Of a stretch of 64,000 bases of DNA, positions 45,838 to 55,291 are shown in pieces. The stretch's first letter is position 1; every line of letters starts with the position of its first letter. The position numbers and the translations under genes are program-made. The stretch is from Marine Group II euryarchaeote MED-G35 (lineage in GTDB: Archaea > Thermoplasmatota > Poseidoniia > Poseidoniales > Thalassarchaeaceae): NCBI GenBank assembly GCA_002457155.1, contig NTJS01000003.1, positions 1,201 to 65,200 of the forward strand. Reading direction: 5' to 3'. The notes beneath the pieces are model-generated. The model made no database searches, was not told the origin of the DNA, and was given only the letters and a program-made list of their open reading frames with translations.

Positions 45838-46491
45838 TTAGTCCAGCGAGGACCGCGCCGCAGATACGATTCCAGACGTCCCCGAGCCCGTTTGGGGGAG
45901 CGCGCAGAGGAACCCTGCGAGCCATCCCTCCAAACTCAATTCCCTGTCTACTTCAACGATCTCCTGACCCAGAGAGTGAGAAACACTCGCGACCCTCTTC
46001 TCTGGGTCGAAAGAGCACACTATCGGGACAAGGCCCCTGCTTCTGATTTCCCCAAGCAGCAGGCCTTCTTCGATGCCCTCCAATTCTGCTATGCCCCTCA
46101 TCGCCTTCGGTCCGATGAAAAGCAGGTGAATCTGCCTGATTCGTTCAATAACAGACCCCCACGCCTCTTCCAGGCGTTCAGATTCATCAGGCACATCGAC
46201 GACCATGGCAGTCTTGCAACCCTCTAGCTCAGCGAATGTCATGGACGAACCCCAGGCCCACTTCATCGACCCTCCGTCTAGGGAGCAGGAAGAAGATAGC
46301 ACGAGCCAGTGCTTCGACTCTAGCATCCCCCTCCAGTCTATGAGGCCCTGGTCGAACTCACTTATCTCGCTTCGACCAATTATGAATTGGGCATCAGCCC
46401 CGATTTCTAGAGAGCTCTCCACCACGGCAGATGCGCCGTCGCTCCTGTCTTGGCGTCCAAGACCAACCATTCCCACTGGAGCCATGTCCAT
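45838..46491 (-). CDS. Hypothetical protein, possibly a degenerate ribokinase/PfkB-like fold
   Basis: Layout and C-terminal block EGWLAGFLCALPQTG resemble the PfkB GAGDxFxxGFLxAL region, but the GAGD anion-hole/catalytic Asp is missing. Lies between pelota and the TIM-barrel gene on the same strand. Confidence 0.35.
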   Translation of the reverse strand: MDMAPVGMVGLGRQDRSDGASAVVESSLEIGADAQFIIGRSEISEFDQGLIDWRGMLESKHWLVLSSSCSLDGGSMKWAWGSSMTFAELEGCKTAMVVDVPDESERLEEAWGSVIERIRQIHLLFIGPKAMRGIAELEGIEEGLLLGEIRSRGLVPIVCSFDPEKRVASVSHSLGQEIVEVDRELSLEGWLAGFLCALPQTGSGTSGIVSAARSSLD

Positions 46492-46525
46492 GCAGTCCCC
46501 TCCGCATGCTGGTGAAGAGGGTTGC

Positions 46526-47578
46526 CTATTCCAACTTCCATCTCAGTAGGGCGATTGCACCACCCATGCCTTCGAGTTGCTTCCCTGCGTCGTGCTCTGT
46601 CGAAGCCTGAATCACCTTTCCGCTCGAGGTCTCAACCGCTTCCGCGATCGACCCCCAATCCGAAGGGCCTTCTTCAGTCCGAAGAAGCCCCGCCTCAATG
46701 ACCAGAGTCTCAACCGCCCCCTGTGATGCGGCATTCGACACCATCCCCATGCCATAGGTGACCGCACCATCCATCGAGATTCTCTTCAGGCCCTCCTCTA
46801 TTGCTCGAACCTGCTCAACGATAGCATGCTCTCCTAGTAGAGAGTCGGCCAAACCATCCGCTAGCACTTCGTTTGCTGCAGCCCTCCCGCCTATCGAGGT
46901 CGGGACATTGACGATCTTGTTTTCAGCCCCCAATCCCCTCAACAGTTTTTCGAAGCCCTCTCTCGTCATTCCCGGTCCGCAGATAATCAGGGGCATCTCA
47001 TCCGGGAAGACCATCTTGGTCTCCTTTGCAACCTTCTCGAAGAACTCCTTGCTAACTGCCGATGAGTCCCCTACCCTCTTCCCACCGCCTCGCAAGTTGA
47101 ACTGCGATACGTCACGAATACCATGATTGGCAACTTCGAAGATCAGAACCTCGTCATTCTCGACAACAATCAGCCCGGAACTCGCCCTGGTCCCAGATGA
47201 GATCGCCTCCTTGATCAGAGCATAGTCGGCTTTCGACAAGCCCCCCTCCCTCGTTAGCTCTATCTCGACTCCCGAGGAAATGACATGGGTGTGGTGGCTT
47301 CCGATGTCGATCTTCGCCTCCTTGATTATCCCATGCACCCTGAGGTTGTCGGTGAATGGTTGGAAAGCTGTCTCAGAGGATTCCAGGACAATCCACATGG
47401 GCTTCCTCTCAGCGCTCTTTGCCCTACCGTCCTCCTTGGTCCCGGTCGTTGAGTCTCTTCTGTGAGACAGCATCCCCACTAGGCAACCCGTGCCGCATAC
47501 CTGGGATAGAACCCACAGGTCGTCATCACCCTCAATCCTCAGCCTCAGACCCTCGTCCAGCCTCTTGACGCGACGCAT
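46526..47578 (-). CDS. pelA: Pelota/Dom34 mRNA surveillance factor
   Basis: MRRVKRLDEGLRLRIEGDDDLWVLSQVCGTGCLVGMLSHRR (Pelota N domain), with later eRF1-like domains (ICGPGMTREGF...). The start is set at the internal ATG at 47578. Confidence 0.8.
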   Translation of the reverse strand: MRRVKRLDEGLRLRIEGDDDLWVLSQVCGTGCLVGMLSHRRDSTTGTKEDGRAKSAERKPMWIVLESSETAFQPFTDNLRVHGIIKEAKIDIGSHHTHVISSGVEIELTREGGLSKADYALIKEAISSGTRASSGLIVVENDEVLIFEVANHGIRDVSQFNLRGGGKRVGDSSAVSKEFFEKVAKETKMVFPDEMPLIICGPGMTREGFEKLLRGLGAENKIVNVPTSIGGRAAANEVLADGLADSLLGEHAIVEQVRAIEEGLKRISMDGAVTYGMGMVSNAASQGAVETLVIEAGLLRTEEGPSDWGSIAEAVETSSGKVIQASTEHDAGKQLEGMGGAIALLRWKLE

Positions 47579-47652
47579 TGCTCCACCCTCCGGCACTCTC
47601 GGTGAAGGGGCGCTCTTGAAACCTTCATCGGTAACCACCCGTAGCGAGGCCC

Positions 47653-48378
47653 ATGAGTGGCCCGGCATTCTGGGGCATTGCAGGTAGCCCAATCTCCCAT
47701 TCGCTAACTCCCAGGCTCTTCTCGATTGTTGGTTCCTACCTGGGGATGGATCATTCTGAGCAGGTCTTCATCGAGGCGACCAGCATCGAGGAGTTCGAGT
47801 CACAGGCGTCCTCACTGGAAGGGGAACTGTGGCTATCGTGCACTGCTCCACTGAAGCACTCCCCACAAGCCAGACTCGGTGTCTCGGGGCCCCCGGGAGT
47901 CAATGCGATTAACCAACTGATGAGGTCCGAGGGGAAGTGGTCGGGGACTAGCACAGATGGCCTAGGTTTCGTCTCAGCCTGCAGGCATATCGGGATTGAC
48001 CCAAATGGGTCGGTGCTCAGAATGAGGGGCGGTGGCTCAGCAGCACGCTCAATCGCGGCCGCTTGGTCGTCGCATGGCGGTTCGATAATCCCAGAAGTGG
48101 GCCGCAGGGAGCTGATTAGTGGCCCATGGGATGGCAGCATAGTGATCAACGGGGATTCCGATCTAGCAGTCGATCTCGATGCGGAACCAGCCGGGGGCGG
48201 ATCTATAGAGATGGATTCTGATAAACAGGTTTCGATATCCTATGGGAGGGGGGCGTCTACTGACGATTTCGCTGTGGTGATGGTAGCTGCCCAGCACCTC
48301 GAGGCTTGGAAACTCCTCTTCGCCCCGTCAAGGGCAGAAGAAATGCCCAGCCTAAGCGAGGTCCTTTCGGTAATCTGA
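47653..48378 (+). CDS. aroE: Shikimate dehydrogenase-like protein (short form)
   Basis: FWGIAGSPISHSLTPRLF (G.PI.HS.SP motif), LSCTAPLKHS (TxPxK), TDGLGF, and the Rossmann-like segment GGGSAARSIA. Confidence 0.7.
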   Translation: MSGPAFWGIAGSPISHSLTPRLFSIVGSYLGMDHSEQVFIEATSIEEFESQASSLEGELWLSCTAPLKHSPQARLGVSGPPGVNAINQLMRSEGKWSGTSTDGLGFVSACRHIGIDPNGSVLRMRGGGSAARSIAAAWSSHGGSIIPEVGRRELISGPWDGSIVINGDSDLAVDLDAEPAGGGSIEMDSDKQVSISYGRGASTDDFAVVMVAAQHLEAWKLLFAPSRAEEMPSLSEVLSVI

Positions 48379-48380
48379 TA

Positions 48381-49184
48381 CTATTCTTCGGAGTCCAAAG
48401 AACCGCGGTTCTCATCATATGCGATGCAAGGAGTCAGCGTAAGAATACCAACGAAACAGATAATCATGAGTAAATCACTCGCTGGATAGTCAGGGGCTCC
48501 TTCTCCTATCATCCAGAGATATTGGGAGATTAACAAAGCAACCGCTGCCATTGCACCACCGTGCCAGGGCCGCATCGGCCCCAGCTCCCTGCCCATTACG
48601 GCCGTAAGTAGGAACACCAGGACCCCGAGTATACCCACTGCCAGCCCACCCTGTGCAATTGTCTGCTCGGTAGAGTCTAGTATGATGGTAAATTCTTCCC
48701 CTTCTTCCTCGCCTTCTGTGAGTTCGCCCTCCATAGCCAAACTTCCTAAACCGGACATCATGAACATCATGAACAGAGCGAAGACAATCCAAAGAATGCC
48801 AAGTCTTTGCAATCTGGATTCATCATCTAGACCCAATGTCGGATCGCCGATTGCCATTGCTGGCATGTAGGCAATTGGACCAATCATGATTAACATGAAA
48901 ACTGCCCAGAACATCATCTCATTCTCGCCCACAGCCAGGCCAATTACAACCATCAACGCTGGAATCCCCAAGGATACCCCCATCCTCGCGTTCGGGACTG
49001 AGAGGAAGAGCGCCAAACCAGCACCCGCCATCATCGTCAAAAAGACGTAGTCCATATTGTCACCTGATCCATCCTCTACTGCCCAGTAGGCAAAAACAGC
49101 AAAAACTCCCAACTGAGATAGAATCAGTAGGGATTTCGCTGAGAGGTCAATTGTCGGCATTTTGTACATAGCATTGTCTTCCAT
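48381..49184 (-). CDS. Hypothetical polytopic membrane protein
   Basis: 267 aa with about 7 hydrophobic helices and an acidic loop (EGELTEGEEEGEEF). No motif recognised. Confidence 0.5.
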   Translation of the reverse strand: MEDNAMYKMPTIDLSAKSLLILSQLGVFAVFAYWAVEDGSGDNMDYVFLTMMAGAGLALFLSVPNARMGVSLGIPALMVVIGLAVGENEMMFWAVFMLIMIGPIAYMPAMAIGDPTLGLDDESRLQRLGILWIVFALFMMFMMSGLGSLAMEGELTEGEEEGEEFTIILDSTEQTIAQGGLAVGILGVLVFLLTAVMGRELGPMRPWHGGAMAAVALLISQYLWMIGEGAPDYPASDLLMIICFVGILTLTPCIAYDENRGSLDSEE

Positions 49185-49232
49185 GCAAACATCGGGAAAA
49201 CCATCCTATATTACTGGGGGTTGTGGTTTTTT

Positions 49233-50816
49233 TCACAGGGGGATGTTTCCGTGCTTCTTGGGATGGACCAACTCCCTCTTGGAGAGAAGGGGCCGCAGTG
49301 CTTTGACCAGGGCCATCCTCGTCTGAGGCGGCTCGATCACATCGTCCAGCCAGCCATGCCTCGCGGCAACGTAGGGATCACCGAACTTCTCCCTGTACTC
49401 GTCAACCAGCTCCGAGTGCCTCTCGGACCTGTCATCCGAATCGGCTAGCTCTGACCTGTGGATGATGTTCACCGCCCCCTCGGCCCCCATCACTGCCAAC
49501 TCTCCGGTAGGCCATGACACGTTGTAGTCGGAGCCAAGGTGCTTGCAGCTCATCGCTAGGTATGCCCCCCCGTATGCCTTCCTGGTGACAACGGTGAGCT
49601 TGGGTACCGTCGCCTCTGCGTATGCGTACAGCAACTTGGCACCGTGCCTGATTATCCCACCCCACTCCTGAACGGTCCCTGGAAGGAACCCCGGGACGTC
49701 AACGAAAGTCACGATTGGGATGTTGAAGCAGTCACAGGCCCTGATGAACCTAGCTGCCTTGATAGATGCGTCGATGTCCAAGCAGCCTGCCAGAACAGAT
49801 GGTTGGTTGCCGATGACTCCAACGGCGTGCCCATCGAGTCTAGCAAAGCCGATGACAACGTTCTCCGCGTATGATGGGAATAACTCGAGGAATCGCTTGT
49901 CATCGAAGACCTGATCGATGACCCTCCTCATGTCATACGGCCTGTCTGAGTCTTGGGGGACTAGCTTCTCCATCCCTCTGCACTTTCTGTCCCACTTGTC
50001 CCCAGAACCTAGAATGGGGGGCTCTGACATAGTGTGATCGGGCATGTGGGAGAGGATCTCCGCGGCCATGTCGAAGGCCCCCCTCTCGCTATCCGATACC
50101 AAGCACGCTACGCCGCTTCTGCTGGCATGGTGGTTCGCACCGCCCAGGGTGTCCTCATCGACCTCCCCCGATACGATCTCGGGAATCACGTAGGGGCTAC
50201 GCATGAACATCCTGCCTCTCTGCTTGCCCAGGATGACGAAGTCGAAGAGTCCTGCCGCTAGAGCACTCGTTCCCGAAACAGTCCCAAGGACGATCGAGAT
50301 CATCGGCACCTTTCCGGAGCAGGATACAAGGTTGTCCAGCAGGACACCGTTCGAACCCAGTGAGGTGACTCCCTCGTGAGCACGCTGTCCATCCCCGTCC
50401 CAGATTCCAATGATGGGGATGCACGCCTTCTCTGCGAACTCGACAACTTTGCAGATCTTCTTCGCATGCATTTCCCCCATGGTCCCGGAGAATACTGAGA
50501 AGTCCTGTGAGAAGCAAGCTACCCTCCTGCCGTCCAGCATTCCGTGTCCGGCAACGACACCATCCCCCAGAGGAGTATGCAGGTGCATTCCGTGTTCGCC
50601 AGCCCTGTGTCTGACGAACGCATCGACCTCGACGAAGCTATCATCATCCAGTAGGTCGAGAACCCTCTCTCTCGCCGTTTGTGATCCGGACTCCCTCATC
50701 TCCTTGATTACGCTTCTATCGCCTGGTGCCCTGGAGTCCTGCCTAATCGCATCCAGATTGTCACTTGGGGAGGGTCCTGCCACGTTCCACCCAAGTGCAA
50801 GCCGGTTCATCAGCAA
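49233..50816 (-). CDS. Acyl-CoA carboxylase carboxyltransferase subunit (propionyl-CoA carboxylase beta / methylmalonyl-CoA carboxyltransferase family)
   Basis: TARERVLDLLDDDSFVEVDAFVRHR, FSVFSGTMGEMHAKK, IPIVTFVDVPGFLPG, GIIRHGAKLLYAYAEATVPK and VVTRKAYGGAY are the conserved 12S/PccB blocks. Confidence 0.9.
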   Translation of the reverse strand: MLMNRLALGWNVAGPSPSDNLDAIRQDSRAPGDRSVIKEMRESGSQTARERVLDLLDDDSFVEVDAFVRHRAGEHGMHLHTPLGDGVVAGHGMLDGRRVACFSQDFSVFSGTMGEMHAKKICKVVEFAEKACIPIIGIWDGDGQRAHEGVTSLGSNGVLLDNLVSCSGKVPMISIVLGTVSGTSALAAGLFDFVILGKQRGRMFMRSPYVIPEIVSGEVDEDTLGGANHHASRSGVACLVSDSERGAFDMAAEILSHMPDHTMSEPPILGSGDKWDRKCRGMEKLVPQDSDRPYDMRRVIDQVFDDKRFLELFPSYAENVVIGFARLDGHAVGVIGNQPSVLAGCLDIDASIKAARFIRACDCFNIPIVTFVDVPGFLPGTVQEWGGIIRHGAKLLYAYAEATVPKLTVVTRKAYGGAYLAMSCKHLGSDYNVSWPTGELAVMGAEGAVNIIHRSELADSDDRSERHSELVDEYREKFGDPYVAARHGWLDDVIEPPQTRMALVKALRPLLSKRELVHPKKHGNIPL

Positions 50817-50826
50817 ACCGGATGGA

Positions 50827-52197
50827 CTAGGACCGGGAGAATGTGGGATTCTCCCCCACCAGGTCCATCTCCCAACCCATCTCGACCGACTCCTTGCCGC
50901 CGACCGAGAGTAGGTGGTGCAACTTCACCAAGGCCGAACCCGGCGGGCATAGGGACCCATGACCGATTATACCCATGTCTTTCTGGTCCCGTCCCTTCGA
51001 GTAGACGTTCATATTGACGGGACCATGTATCGCGTTCGTCACCACTACAACGACTCCTCCTTTGGCTATGTGGTCCTCTAGCATCATCCTCAGTCTGGTA
51101 TTCTCCAGACTATCATCCTCTGGGTTTGAAATCGGGAGGTGCCCCAAACCTGATCCATGGAAGAGCAATGCGTCGAAGCCAGAGTCTATCGCCCCCTGGA
51201 CTTGGTCAGGGTGCAAATGGGGGTCGGAGATGAATTGGGCGATTCGTATCGACTCGTCGAACGGCTTCGGCGATATCGCCTCGACCCTAGCGTCATGGGC
51301 CTCTGGCGAGTATTCTATCCTAGCCCCATTCCCATCGATGAAGACATGCCCAAGAATATCCTGGTTAATCGGTTTGAAGGCATCCCTACGGGAGGAGTGG
51401 TACTTCCTGCAAGCACATCCTGGAAGAACGGCACAGCTACCATCCGAGGAGCTTGCATGTACGATCACCACTGAAGAATCCCGGTACCCCGAGGGAGTTG
51501 GCCCGTGGGCCGCCCATTGTACAGAGGCGATGAGGTTCTCCGCGGCATCCGAGGATCCCCGATCGGGAGACCTCTGGGAGCCAGTGAGGACAATTCTACC
51601 AGGGGGCCTCCCCCCTTGGCCCGACCACCCGTAAGAGATCGCTGCAGCCGAGAGGTGCAGGGTATCGGTCCCATGGGTGATGACGCATCCAACAGCGCCT
51701 TCCGCGAAAGCCTCCTCGGTTGCTTTCAGCATTCTATTCCAATGCCTCGGACGAAGGTCATCCGACCACATGTTGCCCAGTTTGACCGCACGAATTCTTG
51801 CTATGCCACGAAGTTCGGGAACGGCATCTAGCAGCTCATGAGGATCGAACCTCGCCGTTACCGCCCCTGTAGCATAGTCTACTTTGCTAGCAATCGTTCC
51901 ACCGGTGTGGATGAGGTGTACGAGGGGAAGAGACTCGTCCTGCGGTTCGGTTTCCTCAATCTCGTCCTCGATCGTCGGCATCTCGTCGAGCACCTCGAAC
52001 GAATCGACGTATGATTCTGGGAATGAAACGTTGTAGCCATTCTGCAGCTTCATCGTGATCAATTTGTTCCCTGAGCTGGGCAGGGCGATTCCGGTATGCT
52101 CTGCCTTTCCAGCCCACGTCTTCACCACCAGTTTGACGGGAGTTCCGGGCTTTGGCCAATCCTCCATGATTGCGGGCAGAGAGCCTCGGTCCATCAA
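50827..52197 (-). CDS. gatD: Glu-tRNA(Gln) amidotransferase subunit D
   Basis: Archaeal GatD N-terminal domain followed by an asparaginase-like core: IHTGGTIASKVDYATGAV and ITHGTDTL. Confidence 0.85.
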   Translation of the reverse strand: MMDRGSLPAIMEDWPKPGTPVKLVVKTWAGKAEHTGIALPSSGNKLITMKLQNGYNVSFPESYVDSFEVLDEMPTIEDEIEETEPQDESLPLVHLIHTGGTIASKVDYATGAVTARFDPHELLDAVPELRGIARIRAVKLGNMWSDDLRPRHWNRMLKATEEAFAEGAVGCVITHGTDTLHLSAAAISYGWSGQGGRPPGRIVLTGSQRSPDRGSSDAAENLIASVQWAAHGPTPSGYRDSSVVIVHASSSDGSCAVLPGCACRKYHSSRRDAFKPINQDILGHVFIDGNGARIEYSPEAHDARVEAISPKPFDESIRIAQFISDPHLHPDQVQGAIDSGFDALLFHGSGLGHLPISNPEDDSLENTRLRMMLEDHIAKGGVVVVVTNAIHGPVNMNVYSKGRDQKDMGIIGHGSLCPPGSALVKLHHLLSVGGKESVEMGWEMDLVGENPTFSRS

Positions 52198-52218
52198 AGG
52201 CTCGCTTGTATCAGGTTT

Positions 52219-52368
52219 TGGTGCCGGGAGCGGGACTTGAACCCGCGACCTTCGGATGTCTCAGACATTTTCGGCTAGGCATGATGCGCTCATCGTTCGC
52301 GTCAGCGGAGAAATCTCCGCTAACTGTTCCCTATGAGTCCGACGCGCTACCAACTACGCCACCCCGGC
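52219..52368 (-). tRNA. tRNA-Met (anticodon CAU, elongator-type or possibly Ile2) with a 74-nt intron at the canonical 37/38 position (intron 52258-52331), CCA encoded
   Basis: Exons fold as GCCGGGG-TG-GCGT-AGTTGGTA-GCGC-G-TCGGA-CTCATA|intron|A-TCCGA-AGGTC-GCGGG-TTCAAGT-CCCGC-TCCCGGC-A-CCA. G1:C72 argues against an initiator. The junctions can form a bulge-helix-bulge: exon CUCA pairs with intron UGAG, flanked by 3-nt bulges UA|G and AC|A. Confidence 0.85.
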
Positions 52369-52477
52369 ATATCATCAAGGCGGGAGAAGAGGCCATTTGA
52401 GCATTGCCAGTAATGCAACAGCAACATTGTCCCCACACGTAGGGTTGATGTGTCGTCCTCTCTCGCCAGAGCCAACC

Positions 52478-53404
52478 ATGGTCGATGTCGATACCGCCCT
52501 AAGGGCCAGCGCCTATTCTGGCAAGAAGGGGGACGGTTCGAAGGGGGGGGACAAGAAGCCCTCCTCTCTGGAGCCATTCGACCCATCCGCTCACGCCGAG
52601 AAGGAGAAGGCCGACGCAATTTCCATGTGGCTAGTAATCTTCTTCGGCCTATCTGTTGCTTTGCTGATGAGATTCTACATGATGCCAGGAATGGATAGCT
52701 CGCAGCAGATTCTGTGGCTTCTCCCTGTTCTAATGATAGCACTCATCCGCCCCCTGCATCAACTAGCGGTACCTACCAGATTCTTCGAACTCTTCACTAC
52801 CGGAAACTGGGTAAGGGCCTCTTTCCTATACCTGTTTACGTGGCTCGCTCTATCCTTCGCCTTGGTAAACCCTCCAATCGCTGACATTGCAGCCCCACAT
52901 CTCGCTGGAGCAATCGACATAGCCAGCAGCGAGGGGATTTCTGACTCAGACCTAGATGGGAGCGTCTACGAGATCAGGATCTCACAGGACTCAATTCCTG
53001 TTATTCTAGGACTGGGGGTCAGGGACAACGTAGATGCACGTAATTCAACGATGAATCTCACCATTCACAAAGTGGGTCAGATGGATCCGATAGTCAGCGT
53101 TTACGGATTGGTTTCCGATATTGCAGACGACGGCCCATCTGACACTTTCGACTCCGTCGATCCCAACGACTGGGTCAGGGGTCTGAAGAAGAATACGCTA
53201 ACGGGCGATTACTCGGGACCCAAGGTAGCACCTCATTCGGAAGATGTCTCTATGGCATGGAACCTGTGTCCAGATGGCTGTGGCCCTGGAGAGTATGTCG
53301 TCCACATCTCCCTGGTCGAGGAAGGGGAGATGATCCCATGGGGGGACGGCGACAATACATGGGAGAGGGAGTACACCCTCAGTATCCTTCAGTCCTCGTC
53401 CTAG
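52478..53404 (+). CDS. Hypothetical membrane-anchored protein with an extracytoplasmic domain
   Basis: Lys/Gly-rich N-terminus, three hydrophobic helices, then a hydrophilic domain with N-x-S/T sites. The start is uncertain (track TTG at 52397, ATGs at 52448 and 52478). Confidence 0.45.
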   Translation: MVDVDTALRASAYSGKKGDGSKGGDKKPSSLEPFDPSAHAEKEKADAISMWLVIFFGLSVALLMRFYMMPGMDSSQQILWLLPVLMIALIRPLHQLAVPTRFFELFTTGNWVRASFLYLFTWLALSFALVNPPIADIAAPHLAGAIDIASSEGISDSDLDGSVYEIRISQDSIPVILGLGVRDNVDARNSTMNLTIHKVGQMDPIVSVYGLVSDIADDGPSDTFDSVDPNDWVRGLKKNTLTGDYSGPKVAPHSEDVSMAWNLCPDGCGPGEYVVHISLVEEGEMIPWGDGDNTWEREYTLSILQSSS

Positions 53405-54357
53405 TTGCCTATCATCCCGCAGATCCTAGCAGCCATGGCATCGAGTTGCAGCGACTCCCCTCCGCCCTCGACCATTCTGAAGTCGCATTCCGCCATTGCC
53501 TCGGTCACAGCGAGTTTTTGGGTCTCGTCCAGGAATGTCACCCCGCCTAACTCTCGGTGGAGCTGGTTGACAAGGTCAGTCCCTGCTAGTCCGAACCTGT
53601 CGAGGATTCCCCTCATCCTTCTTCTTGCTGGCTGGAATCCATCCTCCTTGCAGGCCAGGAAGAAACCATGGAGCTCCTCTGGCGGGGCAGTTGCAGTTGT
53701 CTCGTAGACTAGATCCCTAGTCACGTGGGAATCGAGCGACGCGGCAACTTGCAGGGATGTGATTGCCTTCCTGAGGTCGCCTAGGCTGACATTGGCTATT
53801 GCCTGTGCTGCTTCCTGCTCGAGGTCAACCCCTTCGCTATCCGCGACCTCGATTACCTTCTCCAGCACCTTCTCGGTGTTCAGAGGCCTGAATCTGAAAA
53901 CTGCGCATCGGGATTGAATCGCCTCGACTATCTTGGACGAGTAGTTGCAAGACAGGATGAACCTGCATGTCTCGGCAAACTGCTCCATTATCCTCCGCAG
54001 AGCCCCCTGAGCATCGGGAGTCAGAGCATCGGCCTCATCCAGGAAAATGACCTTGAACGTGGTCCCTGGCATCGGAGCGGTTCTAGCAAACTGCTTGACC
54101 TTGGTCCTGATCGACTCAAGCTTCCTCTCGTCACTGGCATTCATCTCCAGAAGGTTGCTTCTGAAGCCCTCTCCGAATACGTCTCTCGTCAGGGCCAGAG
54201 CCGCTGTCGTCTTCCCAGTACCAGGCGGGCCTGCGAACATTAGGTGCGGGAAGGTACGGGATTCAGAGTAGGCCTTCAGCCTGTCAACCACTGCCTTCTG
54301 CCCCTTCATCTCGCTAACAGAACGCGGTCTGTGCCTCTCAACCCACAATTCGCTCAT
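53401..54357 (-). CDS. rfcS: Replication factor C small subunit (no intein)
   Basis: WVERHRPRSVSEMKGQ, Walker A GPPGTGKTT, DEAD-like FLDEADALT, and SRC (QSRCAVFRF). Confidence 0.95.
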   Translation of the reverse strand: MSELWVERHRPRSVSEMKGQKAVVDRLKAYSESRTFPHLMFAGPPGTGKTTAALALTRDVFGEGFRSNLLEMNASDERKLESIRTKVKQFARTAPMPGTTFKVIFLDEADALTPDAQGALRRIMEQFAETCRFILSCNYSSKIVEAIQSRCAVFRFRPLNTEKVLEKVIEVADSEGVDLEQEAAQAIANVSLGDLRKAITSLQVAASLDSHVTRDLVYETTATAPPEELHGFFLACKEDGFQPARRRMRGILDRFGLAGTDLVNQLHRELGGVTFLDETQKLAVTEAMAECDFRMVEGGGESLQLDAMAARICGMIGN

Positions 54358-54420
54358 GATGACCTTACCCTACCCGTTGGCGGGCGTCCTTGAAGGTTGG
54401 GGGGGATTTTCTCCTCCGCA

Positions 54421-55275
54421 TCAATAGCTCTCTTCTTCTGAGGGGAAATCTCCCTTCCTCACGTCTTCGATGTAACCCTTTACTGCTCCATCCACGGCCT
54501 CTCCCACATCCGCATAGCGCCGCAGGAATCTAGGGGAGAAGTCCTTGGTAATTCCGAGCATGTCGTGCAACACCAGGACCTGTCCATCACAATCCGCTCC
54601 GGCTCCGATCCCTATCGTGGGAATGTCTAGCGACTCACTCACTCTCTTGGCTAGGTCAGCCGGGATCTTTTCGAAGACAATGGAGAAGCAACCCGCATCT
54701 TGGAGCGCCCTCGCATCCTCCATGAGCTTCTCCGCTTCCTCTTCTTCCTTAGCCCGAACAGAGTATGTTCCGAACTTGTAAATCGACTGCGGGGTCAGTC
54801 CAAGGTGACCCATGACTGGGATGCCTGCAGTTAGGATCCTCTTAATCGAGTCGACAATCTCCTTCCCCCCTTCGATCTTGACTGCGTGTCCTCCCGATTC
54901 CTTCATGATCCTGATCGCACTCTTCAGAGCCAGCTTTGAATCTCCCTGGTAGCTGCCGAAAGGCATGTCAACGACAACGAGCGCCCTGTCTACTGCGTTC
55001 ACCACGCATTGTGCATGGTAGATCATGTGGTCGAGGGTAATTGGCACGGTCGTGTCGTTCCCGGCCATCACGTTTGAGGCTGAGTCTCCTACAAGGATGA
55101 CGTCAACTCCGGCCCCGTCAACTAGCCTAGCCAACGAGTAGTCGTAAGCGGTGAGCATGGCAATCTTCTCGCCAGAACGCTTCATTTCCTGTAGGACATG
55201 TGTTGTAACTTTCTTCGCTCGACTGGATACCAAACGCTCACCCGGGACCACTCCCAGTACGGTTGCAGACTTCAA
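54421..55275 (-). CDS. panB: 3-methyl-2-oxobutanoate hydroxymethyltransferase
   Basis: [48 protein letters not shown], and GHLGLTPQS. Confidence 0.9.
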   Translation of the reverse strand: MKSATVLGVVPGERLVSSRAKKVTTHVLQEMKRSGEKIAMLTAYDYSLARLVDGAGVDVILVGDSASNVMAGNDTTVPITLDHMIYHAQCVVNAVDRALVVVDMPFGSYQGDSKLALKSAIRIMKESGGHAVKIEGGKEIVDSIKRILTAGIPVMGHLGLTPQSIYKFGTYSVRAKEEEEAEKLMEDARALQDAGCFSIVFEKIPADLAKRVSESLDIPTIGIGAGADCDGQVLVLHDMLGITKDFSPRFLRRYADVGEAVDGAVKGYIEDVRKGDFPSEEESY

Positions 55276-55291
55276 TCACACGCCCAGAGAT

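Noticed and set aside
52258-52331. Possible box C/D guide RNA inside the tRNA-Met intron. The intron has CUGA at nt 27-30, ACGAUGA at 36-42 and CUGA at 68-71. A UGAUGA also sits in the 5' leader just upstream of the tRNA, at about 52371-52376.
   Set aside because: No acceptable box C lies at the intron 5' end. The C'-to-D spacing is 25 nt rather than about 12. The terminal CUGA is already used in the BHB helix. The candidate guide segments show no convincing complementarity to the tRNA exons. Only a K-loop-like D'/C' pair remains, and it is mentioned as a minor point in the intron finding.
52170-52400. Small ORFs overlapping the tRNA-Met locus (52170-52400, 52096-52278) and the tRNA-Gly locus (10725-10940).
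   Set aside because: They are explained by the tRNA genes and have no independent coding evidence.
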